Shown here: positions 1-9,844 of the stretch, in pieces
How the letters are laid out: every line of letters starts with the position of its first letter
How positions within the stretch are numbered: position 1 is the stretch's first letter
DNA from: Nanobdellota archaeon
GTDB taxonomy: Archaea > Nanobdellota > Nanobdellia > Woesearchaeales > CAZZGN01
Assembly: GCA_051819665.1 (NCBI GenBank)
Contig: JBNJDG010000006.1
Coordinates: 1-53,340, forward strand
Direction: 5' to 3'
DNA: 53,340 nt
Notes under the pieces: generated by a model
Database searches by the model: none
The model's input: only the letters and a program-made list of their open reading frames with translations
Told to the model about the DNA's origin: nothing
Translations under genes and position numbers: made by a program

Positions 1-2946
1 ATAAAGTTCTAAAGGATACCTCCACGGCACATCAACACCATGTGCCATATCATCCACTTCCGAAGGTGTAAGCCTGGATGTCAATACTAGTGGGGAATCC
101 ATGGTCCTGCTTCCCCTCTTGTCAGGCAGATACTGTCTTGAGAAATTCAGGAAAGCATCCATCACCAGGAGAACACAATTCTCATCACCATCACAATCCC
201 TTCTCAGTGCCGCATGATAAAGAGGATGGGCAAAACATGCCTGGATGTTCGAGAATCCGATTATCCTGCCGACCATGCCCGCAGAGATATGAGGTGCAAG
301 GCCCACTACAATATGACCAACAAGATCGGATGGTTTCTTGAGGTTATAGTATGGTTCCAGGCCGTAAAAATTCACCAGGAGATTATCTATGAAATTTGCA
401 ACATTGAAAAGTACCCTGTCGCCCGGGTCATCAAAAGAATCCTTATTACAGGGAAGGACGAGATCCTGAGGTTTCATCTCCACTATCTGCTGACCGTTCT
501 CAAGCGGATTTCCATAGATATCCTTGTTATAGCCCAACTCTTTCAGTTTTTCAACAGAAGTATGGATCTCATCCGGTTTGAAATGTGTAAGCGAAAGCTC
601 GGTCATATCATACCTTGTAGTCCCGTCCTTGTTGACATAAACACCATGTTTCGCCCTGAGAATGCCTTTAGCAAGGTTCTCCGGGATCCTCTCCTTATTA
701 GTGGTTCCCCTTACACCTTTTATGACATCAGGATAGACTTTCACGCCGAGCTGTTTCACTGCCCTATCAAAAAGGTTGGCTATATCTACTTCTTTCTTCC
801 TGTAAGAGACTGCCTTTTCGCTTTCTTCTCTGGTAAGCCCGGAATCCTCAACAAAGTACATCTTCTCCGTCTTGCTGTTGCAGTCCTCACAATAAGGGTA
901 TATCCTTTCCTTATTACACTTATCACAATAATATACAGGAAAATCCGACGTGACTTTCCTGTTCTCCACTGCCGACTGGAAACTCCGCAATCTGCCGCCT
1001 TCCTCCCCTACCGGGAAAAGTGTATGGGGGCTTCCGGTCAGTTTCCTCATCTTGGCCTTCTCGGGCCTTCCCATCCTTGCACCTACAAAAGTGCCTGCCC
1101 TGTCCCTTATCCTTACACCACTAAGCTCAGAGACGATCCCGAGAACCTCCTGGCTCTGTGGTTCGGAATAATTCTCTATATCTAAAGTATCATAAAGTAT
1201 CACCGACTCATCAGGCCCGAACACTATATACTCATTACTTGCAAGCTCATGAGGGGCTCCGAGAGATTCGAGTGTCTCCTTGACCTGCTCATCATAACTG
1301 ATGACAAGTTTCTTTATCCTGTTCTCTTCCCTGACCACTTTCGCCTCTTTTGCGGATTCTCTCAATCTGATAAGAGCCTCTTTAGAGATGAGTCCCCAGA
1401 AAAATGTATGATGTGGGTGCAGAGGGACATCCAGCCTGGAGGAGATTCTCTTCGCAAGCTCAAAAGATACTTCTGTGTTTATCGGATCCCTGAACAATCC
1501 TGATAAATTTTCCTCACTCTCTCCAAGAGACTCCGCAAGCTTCTTGCTGACAGGACTTCCGAGCTTTTCCTTCACTGCCTTCTCCAACTCCAGAGCCCAC
1601 CATTCAGGGCAGTATCCTGCCGGAACCAGATTATGATTATTCTCGCTGAAATCACCGAAATTAGCAAGTATATCTCCCAGATAAAGGACTTCCTCTACCT
1701 GTTTCCTGACCTCTCTCGCCTTCTCATCCGAATTCACCCTGACCACTGAGCCATCCTCAAGTTTCACTATCGGCCCTTCAATATCATCAGTCAGCGACAT
1801 TGCCGATGCTTTGCCCGGCCTCTCTGTCTTGAGCTGGGTCCCTACAGCTATGAACTCACCGAGAAGAGCCATTGTGGCAGGGTGGATGGCTGCAGAAGAA
1901 AGCCCTGAACATCTGCTCCTGCCGTACCTGAGCCTGAAACCCCCCACTTTGAGAGGATAAGAGAAAACAGGTCTCCCGGCAACCAGATCTGAAATGAAGG
2001 TATAATTAGGAGCCACTTTCTGCTCGGTCTTCTTCTCACCGGAACTTTTCGCCTTAGCTTTCTTCTGTATGTCCAGGAACTCTTTCAGGAAATCCCATTC
2101 GAGCCCGAAATCCTTGCCCCAGGAAGAAAGCCTCTTCCATAACTTGACTGCTTTCTGGGAGACACCTTCAGCGAGCACAAGACACATCCCTCCACGTATG
2201 AGATTAGATTCCATACGATCAAGATCCTTATAATTGCTCACTTCCAGCTTTTCAGTCGGATCCCCGCTTACCTCTACCGGCAGATTCCTCACCAGTTGTT
2301 CCAGTTCACCTTCTGACGGAAGATATTGGAGGTTCGTGACACGTTCATGGTAATCATATATCTCCCTGACGAATCTCTTGACCTCCTGCTCTGTAGGGTC
2401 ATATTTTGAGATACCAAGTTTTGTTCTCACATAATCTGAGATTATAACTGAGACAGCAGCTGCGGTTCCTCCGGCACCTCTTATCGGTCCGGCATAGATC
2501 GATGAAAGATACTCACCCCCATCCTGCCTCTTTTTTATCTTGACTTCAACCAGACCTTCAAGAGGGGCAGCTACTATGCCGGCTGTACTGTATGCCATAC
2601 CTGTCCTTATACCTACTTCTATGGCCTCTTTCTTGTCACTGAAACTGCAGAACTTCTGCTGGGCCACCTCCCCTGCTATTATGAGAGCTATCTCCCATGA
2701 CTGGGGAGTGTATTTCTTCTCCAGCTCCTCGATCCTCTTGGCCATATCAGTGTCAACAAGCTGCGGAGCTACTGTAGAGATAAGCCCTTCTACACGATCA
2801 GCCATCGTTGCAGCCAGGGGAACATCGACCCTCTGTTCAGGATCATAACCTTTCTCCCTCGCTTTACCGGCATGCTTCTTACATCTCTCAAGCTCACTGT
2901 CCAGCATCCGGAAATACTCATCCATATATTCACTTTTTTCTGTCAT
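1..2946 (-). CDS. polC: DNA polymerase D large subunit DP2 (partial, 3' end runs off the left edge)
   Basis: Absent from the ORF track because no stop lies in the window. Manual translation of both ends: from ATG at 2946 MTEKSEYMDEYFRMLDSELERCKKHAGKAREKGYDPEQRVDVPLAATMADRVEGLIS; near the edge HPLYHAALRRDCDGDE and RGSRTMDSPLVLTSRLTPSEVDD (DP2 catalytic region), in the same frame. Abuts the DP1 stop. Confidence 0.96.
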   Translation of the reverse strand, partial: MTEKSEYMDEYFRMLDSELERCKKHAGKAREKGYDPEQRVDVPLAATMADRVEGLISTVAPQLVDTDMAKRIEELEKKYTPQSWEIALIIAGEVAQQKFCSFSDKKEAIEVGIRTGMAYSTAGIVAAPLEGLVEVKIKKRQDGGEYLSSIYAGPIRGAGGTAAAVSVIISDYVRTKLGISKYDPTEQEVKRFVREIYDYHERVTNLQYLPSEGELEQLVRNLPVEVSGDPTEKLEVSNYKDLDRMESNLIRGGMCLVLAEGVSQKAVKLWKRLSSWGKDFGLEWDFLKEFLDIQKKAKAKSSGEKKTEQKVAPNYTFISDLVAGRPVFSYPLKVGGFRLRYGRSRCSGLSSAAIHPATMALLGEFIAVGTQLKTERPGKASAMSLTDDIEGPIVKLEDGSVVRVNSDEKAREVRKQVEEVLYLGDILANFGDFSENNHNLVPAGYCPEWWALELEKAVKEKLGSPVSKKLAESLGESEENLSGLFRDPINTEVSFELAKRISSRLDVPLHPHHTFFWGLISKEALIRLRESAKEAKVVREENRIKKLVISYDEQVKETLESLGAPHELASNEYIVFGPDESVILYDTLDIENYSEPQSQEVLGIVSELSGVRIRDRAGTFVGARMGRPEKAKMRKLTGSPHTLFPVGEEGGRLRSFQSAVENRKVTSDFPVYYCDKCNKERIYPYCEDCNSKTEKMYFVEDSGLTREESEKAVSYRKKEVDIANLFDRAVKQLGVKVYPDVIKGVRGTTNKERIPENLAKGILRAKHGVYVNKDGTTRYDMTELSLTHFKPDEIHTSVEKLKELGYNKDIYGNPLENGQQIVEMKPQDLVLPCNKDSFDDPGDRVLFNVANFIDNLLVNFYGLEPYYNLKKPSDLVGHIVVGLAPHISAGMVGRIIGFSNIQACFAHPLYHAALRRDCDGDENCVLLVMDAFLNFSRQYLPDKRGSRTMDSPLVLTSRLTPSEVDDMAHGVDVPWRYPLELY

Positions 2947-4506
2947 CTAAAACCTCATTATCTTCGCTTTCCTTGTCTTAAGGTTTATTATAGGAATCCT
3001 TCCCGGCTCGGGGTTAAGGCCCACTTTCTCCTGATAATCTGTCATGCCCAGCCAGGTGGAACCGTTTATCATAGTCACATTCCTGTAACTGCTGATAGTG
3101 GTCCTGTGTATGTGCCCCGTTATAAACAGATCGGGTACTTTGGTTATCACCAGGGGATCGGATCTCTCATCAGGTATATACTGCGTCGATTGATGGGAAG
3201 GAGCCAGGTGTCTCTTCTGCAAGAGGAACCTCATGATCAGCTCGGGCTTTTCCAGGCCTCCTCCTGCTCTTATCGGCTCAACATGATCAGCTATGTAAGG
3301 GAAACTGAACCCATGGTATAATAATACAGAGAAACCGGGAAAATTATCCTTTTTCCCGACCGTCACATAAGAAGGATTGCTTACCATCGTGACATTCTCA
3401 AGATCCCATATGGACTTGGCAAAGTCTTTCGGGAGCCTTGGCTGGGGCTCCGGGATCCTCACAGAATCGTGATTTCCGGCACAGACTATTATCTGTATAT
3501 CCTTTGGTATCTCCTTCAGGTATTTAGCCAGTTCATCATACTGAGCCTCAATATCATCCAGCTCAAGGTCTTCCTGCTGCCCCGGATAGATGCCTACTCC
3601 GTCCACAAGATCACCCACGAGGAAAAGATATTTTATCTTCCCAGCTTCCTCCTTCTGTGCATCATTGCCGAAATCACCTTTCAGCCACGATATCATCCTC
3701 TTGAACTGTCGCCAGAGGAAATGCTTCGAACCCATGTGGATATCCCCGAGTACAGCCGCATTGACCTCTTCCGGACCTTTCTTGAGCTCATTATGTAGAG
3801 GGATATCAGGGAAGATGACCGTATCGGCGAAAATTATGGATTTTGTGCCTGTACCGGTTATGGCAAGGACCTCATCATTGACTATATACTGGGCAGTCTG
3901 GTAAAGATCGTCCCTGTTCTTATTGATAAGGACATTTATCTCACCACTCAGATCCTCCAGTGTGAGAATTATATTATTGTTCTTCGTGACCGAGATCTCC
4001 TTGACCATCCCTATGACTGATACAGACTCCTTTCCCTCCAGACCCTTGACCCTGTTTATCGATGTAGCCCTCTCCAGCTCCTGCCTGTTCTGAAGTATAT
4101 TCTTGAGAGCCGTGTATCTTTCATTGAAATAAGAGACGAAAGTCTGGATATCCTTCTTCTTCTCCGAATCCTTATAAGAATAATCAACTTCTACATCAGC
4201 AAATTCTTCCTTCCTCTCACGCGATTGTTCAACTGCAGAAGTCACCCTGTCTGCTGTCTCAGGGTCACCCTTCTTCTCAGCATCAGCCAGAATATGTTCA
4301 AGCTCCTCCCATTTGACATCAGAAGAGGAAGATATAAGCTTTTCTATCTTATGATTCATCACTGCAGGAAGCTCATCCTTTGAAGAGAGCATATCCACTA
4401 CCTTCTTCGCTTTATCCTCAGAACCGTGGATCTTATCAACAAACTCAGGAGAAACAAGAATTCCCTTCTCCATGAATATGCTGACGAGCTCTCTTCTCTT
4501 ATCCAT
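2947..4506 (-). CDS. polB: DNA polymerase D small subunit DP1 (proofreading exonuclease)
   Basis: OB-fold plus calcineurin-like phosphoesterase motifs GDIHMG, GDLVDG, GNHD, YHG, GHIH. Start moved to ATG 4506 (MDKRREL). Confidence 0.95.
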   Translation of the reverse strand: MDKRRELVSIFMEKGILVSPEFVDKIHGSEDKAKKVVDMLSSKDELPAVMNHKIEKLISSSSDVKWEELEHILADAEKKGDPETADRVTSAVEQSRERKEEFADVEVDYSYKDSEKKKDIQTFVSYFNERYTALKNILQNRQELERATSINRVKGLEGKESVSVIGMVKEISVTKNNNIILTLEDLSGEINVLINKNRDDLYQTAQYIVNDEVLAITGTGTKSIIFADTVIFPDIPLHNELKKGPEEVNAAVLGDIHMGSKHFLWRQFKRMISWLKGDFGNDAQKEEAGKIKYLFLVGDLVDGVGIYPGQQEDLELDDIEAQYDELAKYLKEIPKDIQIIVCAGNHDSVRIPEPQPRLPKDFAKSIWDLENVTMVSNPSYVTVGKKDNFPGFSVLLYHGFSFPYIADHVEPIRAGGGLEKPELIMRFLLQKRHLAPSHQSTQYIPDERSDPLVITKVPDLFITGHIHRTTISSYRNVTMINGSTWLGMTDYQEKVGLNPEPGRIPIINLKTRKAKIMRF

Positions 4507-4507
4507 A

Positions 4508-5719
4508 TTACAGATCAAGCCTCTCCTCGAGAATCTTCCTCACTTTGGTCAACGATGATGGTGAAAGGGAAGGCGTTATCTCCCTCGTCCTTCCGTGTCT
4601 GCCTTTTGAGATGATCTTCGCGTTTATTATCCCCATCATATCCAGCTCACCCAGGATATCAGATACCCTTCTCTGGGTGATGGGCCTCAGGTTCGTGGAA
4701 GTGCACGTGCTCTTATAATTATCATATACATCCCCTGTATACAAAGGACTGTTATCCTTTGGATTGTACTGGGAGAATACAGAATACAGTACTACCTGGA
4801 ACTGTTTGGGCTGGGCATCAACAAGGTCTATGACCTTATCCTTCTCTATCTTCTCCTCTGCCTTATCTATGAAGTCCATGGTTATCTGGGTCTTGCCGTC
4901 CCTTTCAGCTAACTCACCAGCAACCCTGAGAAGCTCTAAAGCTCTCCTGGCATCCCCATGATCCCTGGCAGCGTAAGCCGAACATTTCTCGATGACACCA
5001 TCATCAAGAGAACCCTCCTTGAAAGCCCCCGCAGCTCTTTTCTTGAGGATCTGCTGCAACTGGACCGCATTATAAGGCGGGAAGACTATCTCCTCTTCAG
5101 AGAGGGAGCTCTTTATCCTTGGATCAAGGGAATCAGCAAAGAGAAGATCGTTAGAGATACCTATTATCGATATCTGCCCCTTGCTCAGTTCAGAATTCAT
5201 ACGGGTGAAATTATAAAGAACCTCATCCCCGGCCTTCCTTACAAGCTGATCGAGCTCATCAAGAACCAGTATGACAACCTGCTCCTTCGAATCTATAACA
5301 TCAAAGAATACTTTGTAGATCTCATCGGTCGGAAGACCTGTGGGAGGGATGCTCTTACCCATCTCCCTGCATAGATGTGCCATGAGCCTGTATTCAGTAT
5401 CCGCGACTTTCTTCAGTTTACAATTGATATAGAATATTGTAAGAGGAATATCTTTCTGATTAGCCACCTGCTGCATCTGATCAGTCACATTCTTCACCGA
5501 CAGGGTTTTTCCTGTACCTGTCTTTCCATATGCAAAAATATTGGAAGGTCTTTCCAGTCTCAGACTGGGAGCTATCACATTAGCAATCTGGTTTATCTCA
5601 TTCTCCCTGTGAAGTATATCTTCAGGTACATAAGATGATTGCAGAACTTTCTTGTTCTTGAAAAGAGGTTCTCTTGTAAGATATTTTTCAAAGAATCCGA
5701 CTAGATTATTATTTCCCAT
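4508..5719 (-). CDS. cdc6: Orc1/Cdc6 replication initiator
   Basis: Walker A GKTGTGKT, Walker B LVLDELD, GDARRAL, C-terminal winged helix ending SKGRHGRTR. Confidence 0.97.
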   Translation of the reverse strand: MGNNNLVGFFEKYLTREPLFKNKKVLQSSYVPEDILHRENEINQIANVIAPSLRLERPSNIFAYGKTGTGKTLSVKNVTDQMQQVANQKDIPLTIFYINCKLKKVADTEYRLMAHLCREMGKSIPPTGLPTDEIYKVFFDVIDSKEQVVILVLDELDQLVRKAGDEVLYNFTRMNSELSKGQISIIGISNDLLFADSLDPRIKSSLSEEEIVFPPYNAVQLQQILKKRAAGAFKEGSLDDGVIEKCSAYAARDHGDARRALELLRVAGELAERDGKTQITMDFIDKAEEKIEKDKVIDLVDAQPKQFQVVLYSVFSQYNPKDNSPLYTGDVYDNYKSTCTSTNLRPITQRRVSDILGELDMMGIINAKIISKGRHGRTREITPSLSPSSLTKVRKILEERLDL

Positions 5720-5725
5720 TGTCTC

Positions 5726-6019
5726 GTTCCATAAGAACAGGGGGTTTATATTATTTTTCCTTTAACGGCACACCCCCACACCATTATTTCCTGTGGAAAA
5801 AATTCATTAATTAAAATTAATTCTTTTATTTGAAGTAAAAGAAAAGAAAATTCTCTTTCTCCCATCAAATCTTATTATTTTATTATTTTCTATATAGAAA
5901 ATTATTATTATTATTATTAATGATATATTATGAAATATAACTATAATACCATAAAGAAAACAACAAAAGATATTTCATACGAAAAAAAGTTCCATGAGAA
6001 ACAAAGGTGTCAGGGTGCC
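5726..6019. other. Chromosomal replication origin (oriC): inverted ORB elements flanking an AT-rich unwinding element
   Basis: ORB on - strand 5767-5798 TTCCACAGGAAATAATGGTGTGGGGGTGTGCC; ORB on + strand 5989-6019 GTTCCATGAGAAACAAAGGTGTCAGGGTGCC; about 190 bp of very AT-rich DNA between them; third ORB-like site at 5726-5745; directly upstream of cdc6. Confidence 0.88.
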
Positions 6020-6110
6020 ATATTTTGGGATGATTTCAGAATATTATCTGGATGATAAAGAAATACAGAAAAAGTTTAAAAACCTGATAATCCCAAAGAG
6101 TTCAGACAGA

Positions 6111-6461
6111 ATGATAATCGCATTTGCAGTACAAGAAAATAAAGGAATTGACAGCACTCTGGCCAGACATTTCGGTAGATGCCCATATTATATCTTCATC
6201 GATTCAGAAAATGAAGGTATCAAGGATATAAAGACCAAGGAAAACCCATTCCTTGCCAATCACAATCCAGGAGATGTCCCAAAATTCATTTCAGAAAACA
6301 GAGCTGATGTCATGATAGCTGGAGGTATGGGGCCAAAGGCTATCTCCTGGTTCAATGATTTAGGGATAAATACAATAACCACTACCCCGAAAAAGATTGA
6401 TGATCTGCTGGATGATTACTTCAAAGGAAATTTAGGGGGTGCTGATTCCTGTAGGGATTGA
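6111..6461 (+). CDS. NifB/NifX-family (dinitrogenase FeMo-cofactor-like domain) protein
   Basis: HFGRCPYY and ADVMIAGGMGPKA motifs. Start at 6111 (MIIAFAV) follows a BRE/TATA-like AAAAAGTTTAAAAA at about 6069-6082. The longer ORF start at 5994 would fall inside the ORB. Confidence 0.85.
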   Translation: MIIAFAVQENKGIDSTLARHFGRCPYYIFIDSENEGIKDIKTKENPFLANHNPGDVPKFISENRADVMIAGGMGPKAISWFNDLGINTITTTPKKIDDLLDDYFKGNLGGADSCRD

Positions 6462-6507
6462 TTGATTTTACCAACATTTAAATAATAGTTTTTTATATCA
6501 ACATAAT

Positions 6508-7266
6508 ATGCAAAAAAATGATTTTTTCGATATGAAAAACTATCTAACACCTACCGAGCAGAAGATAATCCGTTTATTCAGGCAGAGTCATAAGATACAC
6601 ACTTCTTCTGAGATTAAAGAATTGTTTCCAGAGAAAAATATCAACCAAATTTTAACCAACCTTACAAGAAAACAATATATCCTGAGATTGAAAAGATCTT
6701 ATTATGTTCTTAAAGAAGCTTTCCTTGATGACCCTTATAGAATAGCTTCAGAATTGGGTGCCGGTCCGGTATGTCTCATAACTGCGCTCAGGGTTCATAA
6801 CCTGATTGATTACGAACCCTCAACTATTTTTGTGATGACAGGCAGAAAGTCTTATAGGATAAAACTGTTAGATTATAGACTTCATTTCATAAACCTTAAG
6901 CACAAGACAGGGATAGAGGAAAAGGGAGGCATATTGGTTACAGATACTGAGAAAACGATCATAGACTGCCTCGCTTTCCCTGAATCTGCAGGTGGTTATG
7001 GGAATGTTATAAAGGCATTGGAGGAAGCTGATATAAAATGGAGTAATATGCTAAGGAATCTGGCCGCATACGATAAAAGCTCATTATACCAGAAACTCGG
7101 ATATTTTCTGATGAGGCTGGGCAAAAAAACCCCGGACCATGTTATGAGGAGATTGAAATCGAGGGTAAAAAATAATCTGAGGCTGATACCAAACAGCAGG
7201 ATCTCATATACTTACAATAAGGAATGGAGGATAATGGATAACTTAGGTGAGAGAAGATGGGATTGA
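6508..7266 (+). CDS. Type IV toxin-antitoxin antitoxin, AbiEi-like (N-terminal wHTH)
   Basis: N-terminal HTH, LxxLxRKxYILRLKR, TALRVHNL, TDTEKTIID motifs; overlaps the start of an AbiEii-like gene. Start could be 6532. Confidence 0.82.
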   Translation: MQKNDFFDMKNYLTPTEQKIIRLFRQSHKIHTSSEIKELFPEKNINQILTNLTRKQYILRLKRSYYVLKEAFLDDPYRIASELGAGPVCLITALRVHNLIDYEPSTIFVMTGRKSYRIKLLDYRLHFINLKHKTGIEEKGGILVTDTEKTIIDCLAFPESAGGYGNVIKALEEADIKWSNMLRNLAAYDKSSLYQKLGYFLMRLGKKTPDHVMRRLKSRVKNNLRLIPNSRISYTYNKEWRIMDNLGERRWD

Positions 7267-8030
7267 GGGATATAAGGAGGATAGCATTTGAGAGAGGTAT
7301 AGGCAAGAATTATGTCTGTAAGGATCAGAAGATAACTGAAGCTTTGACTCGTTTATATCTCACTTTTAAGGATGAGATTATCCTTAAGGGAGGAACAGCG
7401 CTTAACAGGGGATATATGAAGGATAGAGGAAGATTTTCTGAGGATATCGATGTTGATTTCATAAACAATGACAGGGAGAAGGCCAAGGAGTATATAATTA
7501 AAAAGATGGAGAGTATAAAGGGATTCAGTATAGGAAAGCCGAGATTGATGAATGATACATTGAGGTTTGATTGTTATTATATCAACGAACTGGAAAATAA
7601 GGACAGGATACAGGTAGAGTTCTATCTCGGTCATGACAGAATTATAGGTGGAGCGGAGACTATAGAGGTAAGGTCTCCGTTATTCAGTGGACAAAGCAAT
7701 ATAATGAAGGTCTATTCGCTCGAGAGCCTGCTTGCAAGGAAGATCGTCGCGCTTCTTAACAGGCAGGACGGGAAGGACATCTATGATCTGTTCAATGGAT
7801 TGAAAGAGGATTATGATAAGAATAAACTCAGAAAGACGCTCAAAGAGGTCAGCACCTTCTATGGGCTTGCTCTGGATGATTCGGAACTTCATGGTAAATT
7901 CAAGGATATAAAGGAGAATATGAGATATATAGCAAACTCTACCAATCACTATATACTGAAAGACAATAAGATCGCATGGGAGATAATGTTCCAGGAGACA
8001 GAGAGTATCCTGAAAGGATTGGTAAGATGA
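7257..8030 (+). CDS. AbiEii/AbiGii-family nucleotidyltransferase toxin
   Basis: LKGGTAL...RFSEDIDVD, KIVALLNR, KDIYDL signature motifs. Confidence 0.9.
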   Translation: MGLRDIRRIAFERGIGKNYVCKDQKITEALTRLYLTFKDEIILKGGTALNRGYMKDRGRFSEDIDVDFINNDREKAKEYIIKKMESIKGFSIGKPRLMNDTLRFDCYYINELENKDRIQVEFYLGHDRIIGGAETIEVRSPLFSGQSNIMKVYSLESLLARKIVALLNRQDGKDIYDLFNGLKEDYDKNKLRKTLKEVSTFYGLALDDSELHGKFKDIKENMRYIANSTNHYILKDNKIAWEIMFQETESILKGLVR

Positions 8031-8110
8031 ATGATGCAATAAAGAATCCAAAATCAGTAAATTATTTATATTACTGAATCAAAGATAATTAAAAAAAGGA
8101 GGTATTAATC

Positions 8111-8368
8111 ATGGTACAAGAACCTTATCTCGCAATAACTTTAGCAATAATCATCGGTACATTGGCGGCTGTTGTCTATAGTCTAAGAATTCTGGTGCTT
8201 CTTGAAAGAAGGATCGGCAGGATGGATATAAACATCGAAAGGATGACAGAGAAGATAGCCAAGGAAGAAGTGAAGATAGAGCAGGAAGAGAAGAAGATCG
8301 AAGCGATGGAAGCCGGAAAGAAGAAACCTGGCAGGAAGAAAAAGTCTAAGTCCACAAAGAAGAAATAA
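8111..8368 (+). CDS. Small single-pass membrane protein with coiled coil and Lys-rich tail
   Basis: SD-like GGAGGT upstream; hydrophobic N-terminal helix, coiled-coil segment, basic C-terminus; 2 nt from the next gene. Confidence 0.7.
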   Translation: MVQEPYLAITLAIIIGTLAAVVYSLRILVLLERRIGRMDINIERMTEKIAKEEVKIEQEEKKIEAMEAGKKKPGRKKKSKSTKKK

Positions 8369-8370
8369 AG

Positions 8371-9270
8371 ATGTCTCTGAATTCGGTCTGCAGGGACATA
8401 AAGTCCCTCAAGATCCAGGGGGCAGTGGCTGTCGCCAGGGAAGCAACCAAGGCTTTGTATGAACACTCAAAGACTATCACTACAGATGACCCTGAGAAGT
8501 TTCTCAACTATCTTAAGAAAGCTTCTGAGAAGCTTATAGCTACGAGGGAGACAGAGCCTGCTTTGAGGAACGCTATGGGATATTATTTCCATAAACTCAA
8601 TACGAAGTCTGTGGAAAAGCTAAAGACACATATTGAGCTCAAACATGAGGAGATTCTTAATCACTTCAGGGATGCAGAGAAAGAGATAAGGGTGATGGGC
8701 TCTAGGCGTATAAAGAATGGGGATATAGTCTATACCCATTGCCATTCCTCAACAGTATGTAACATTCTGAAGGAAGCCAAGAGGAAGGGCATAGATTTTG
8801 AGGTCCATAATACAGAGACAAGGCCCCTCTACCAGGGAAGGAAGACCGCGAAAGAACTTTCTGAGGCGGGTATAAAAGTCACTCATTACACTGATTCGGC
8901 AGCGAGGCACGCTATAAAGAAAGCTGATCTTGTCCTCCTTGGGGCTGATGCGATAACAACAACGAAAGTGTTCAATAAAGTCGGCTCTGAGCTTTTCGCA
9001 AAGGAAGCCTGTGACAGGGATATACCTGTCTTGTGCTGTACTGATTCATGGAAAGTTGATCCTGAGTCTGTATTCGGCTTCCTTGAGGAGATAGAGGAAA
9101 GGCACAGGAAAGAGGTGTGGCCTGATGCTCCTGAGAATGTCACTATACATAATTATGCATTCGATATGATAAATCCTAAGTATATAACAGGAATAATCTC
9201 AGAGCTTGGTGTTTATGAGCATTCCTCTTTCATAGAAGAAGTAAGGAAATCATTCGATTTCCTTTTTTAA
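8371..9270 (+). CDS. Ribose-1,5-bisphosphate isomerase (eIF2B-family)
   Basis: IKSLKIQGA, RETEPALRN, THCHSS (catalytic Cys), ETRPLYQG, GADAI (catalytic Asp), NKVGS. Confidence 0.85.
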   Translation: MSLNSVCRDIKSLKIQGAVAVAREATKALYEHSKTITTDDPEKFLNYLKKASEKLIATRETEPALRNAMGYYFHKLNTKSVEKLKTHIELKHEEILNHFRDAEKEIRVMGSRRIKNGDIVYTHCHSSTVCNILKEAKRKGIDFEVHNTETRPLYQGRKTAKELSEAGIKVTHYTDSAARHAIKKADLVLLGADAITTTKVFNKVGSELFAKEACDRDIPVLCCTDSWKVDPESVFGFLEEIEERHRKEVWPDAPENVTIHNYAFDMINPKYITGIISELGVYEHSSFIEEVRKSFDFLF

Positions 9271-9747
9271 TTCTCTGATCTGCTTCTTCAGTTCTCTCAC
9301 TTTCTTCTTGTTGTTTTCCTGGAACAGGTATTTCCCGCATTCAGGGCAAGTGCAGTCGAATTCCAGAGTCTTTTCAAAGTCAAGCCTCATGCACTTATCC
9401 TTGCATGTGAAGAACTGAGTTTCGTTCTCTACCCTTAGTCTGTATTTGAGCCTCTCTATCTTTGCTTCTTTCATCCTTCTCGAAAGCTCTTTTACTCTTT
9501 TCTTATTGAAGCTCCAGAAATAAGTGTACCATCCGTTCTTCTCATTCTTCATGCGCTTGAATTTCGCAAGATTATACTGGTTAAGCCTGTACAGAAGATT
9601 CCTGACCTGTTTCACTTCACTGTCCATGATCTCCGCTATATCCTCTTCAGCGACTGGCTCCTTGTAGATAAGGTTTGCTGCCTTATAACAGTCTTCACCG
9701 GCGAGCTCATTAACAACTTCTCTCACCAACTTTTTTGTAAGCCTCAT
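9250..9747 (-). CDS. tfe: Transcription factor E (TFE alpha)
   Basis: wHTH with VRNLLYRL and GWYTYFW, followed by a Zn ribbon (C..C / CPECG). Confidence 0.88.
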   Translation of the reverse strand: MRLTKKLVREVVNELAGEDCYKAANLIYKEPVAEEDIAEIMDSEVKQVRNLLYRLNQYNLAKFKRMKNEKNGWYTYFWSFNKKRVKELSRRMKEAKIERLKYRLRVENETQFFTCKDKCMRLDFEKTLEFDCTCPECGKYLFQENNKKKVRELKKQIRELKKEIE

Positions 9748-9844
9748 TTACCTCCCCCCCTCAGAATATTTGTATGGATAAATACACCTGTTCTTCAACT
9801 ATATAAATCTTTCGTTATATATACTTATACTCCGAGAATTTCCA

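Noticed and set aside
170..230. Possible intein at the usual DP2 insertion site; RFC-S also checked
   Set aside because: The sequence reads continuously HAALRRDCDGDENC, and RFC-S is normal length (317 aa).
78..2848. Plus-strand ORFs such as 214..1185 (323 aa), 1249..1503 and 2540..2848
   Set aside because: Antisense shadows of polC on the minus strand; no recognisable motifs.
5994..6110. N-terminal extension of the NifB/NifX-like ORF
   Set aside because: Overlaps the ORB and the TATA-like element; the domain starts at Met 6111.
6111..6461. Nitrogen fixation inferred from the NifX-like gene
   Set aside because: The family is widespread in non-diazotrophic archaea and no nif genes are present.
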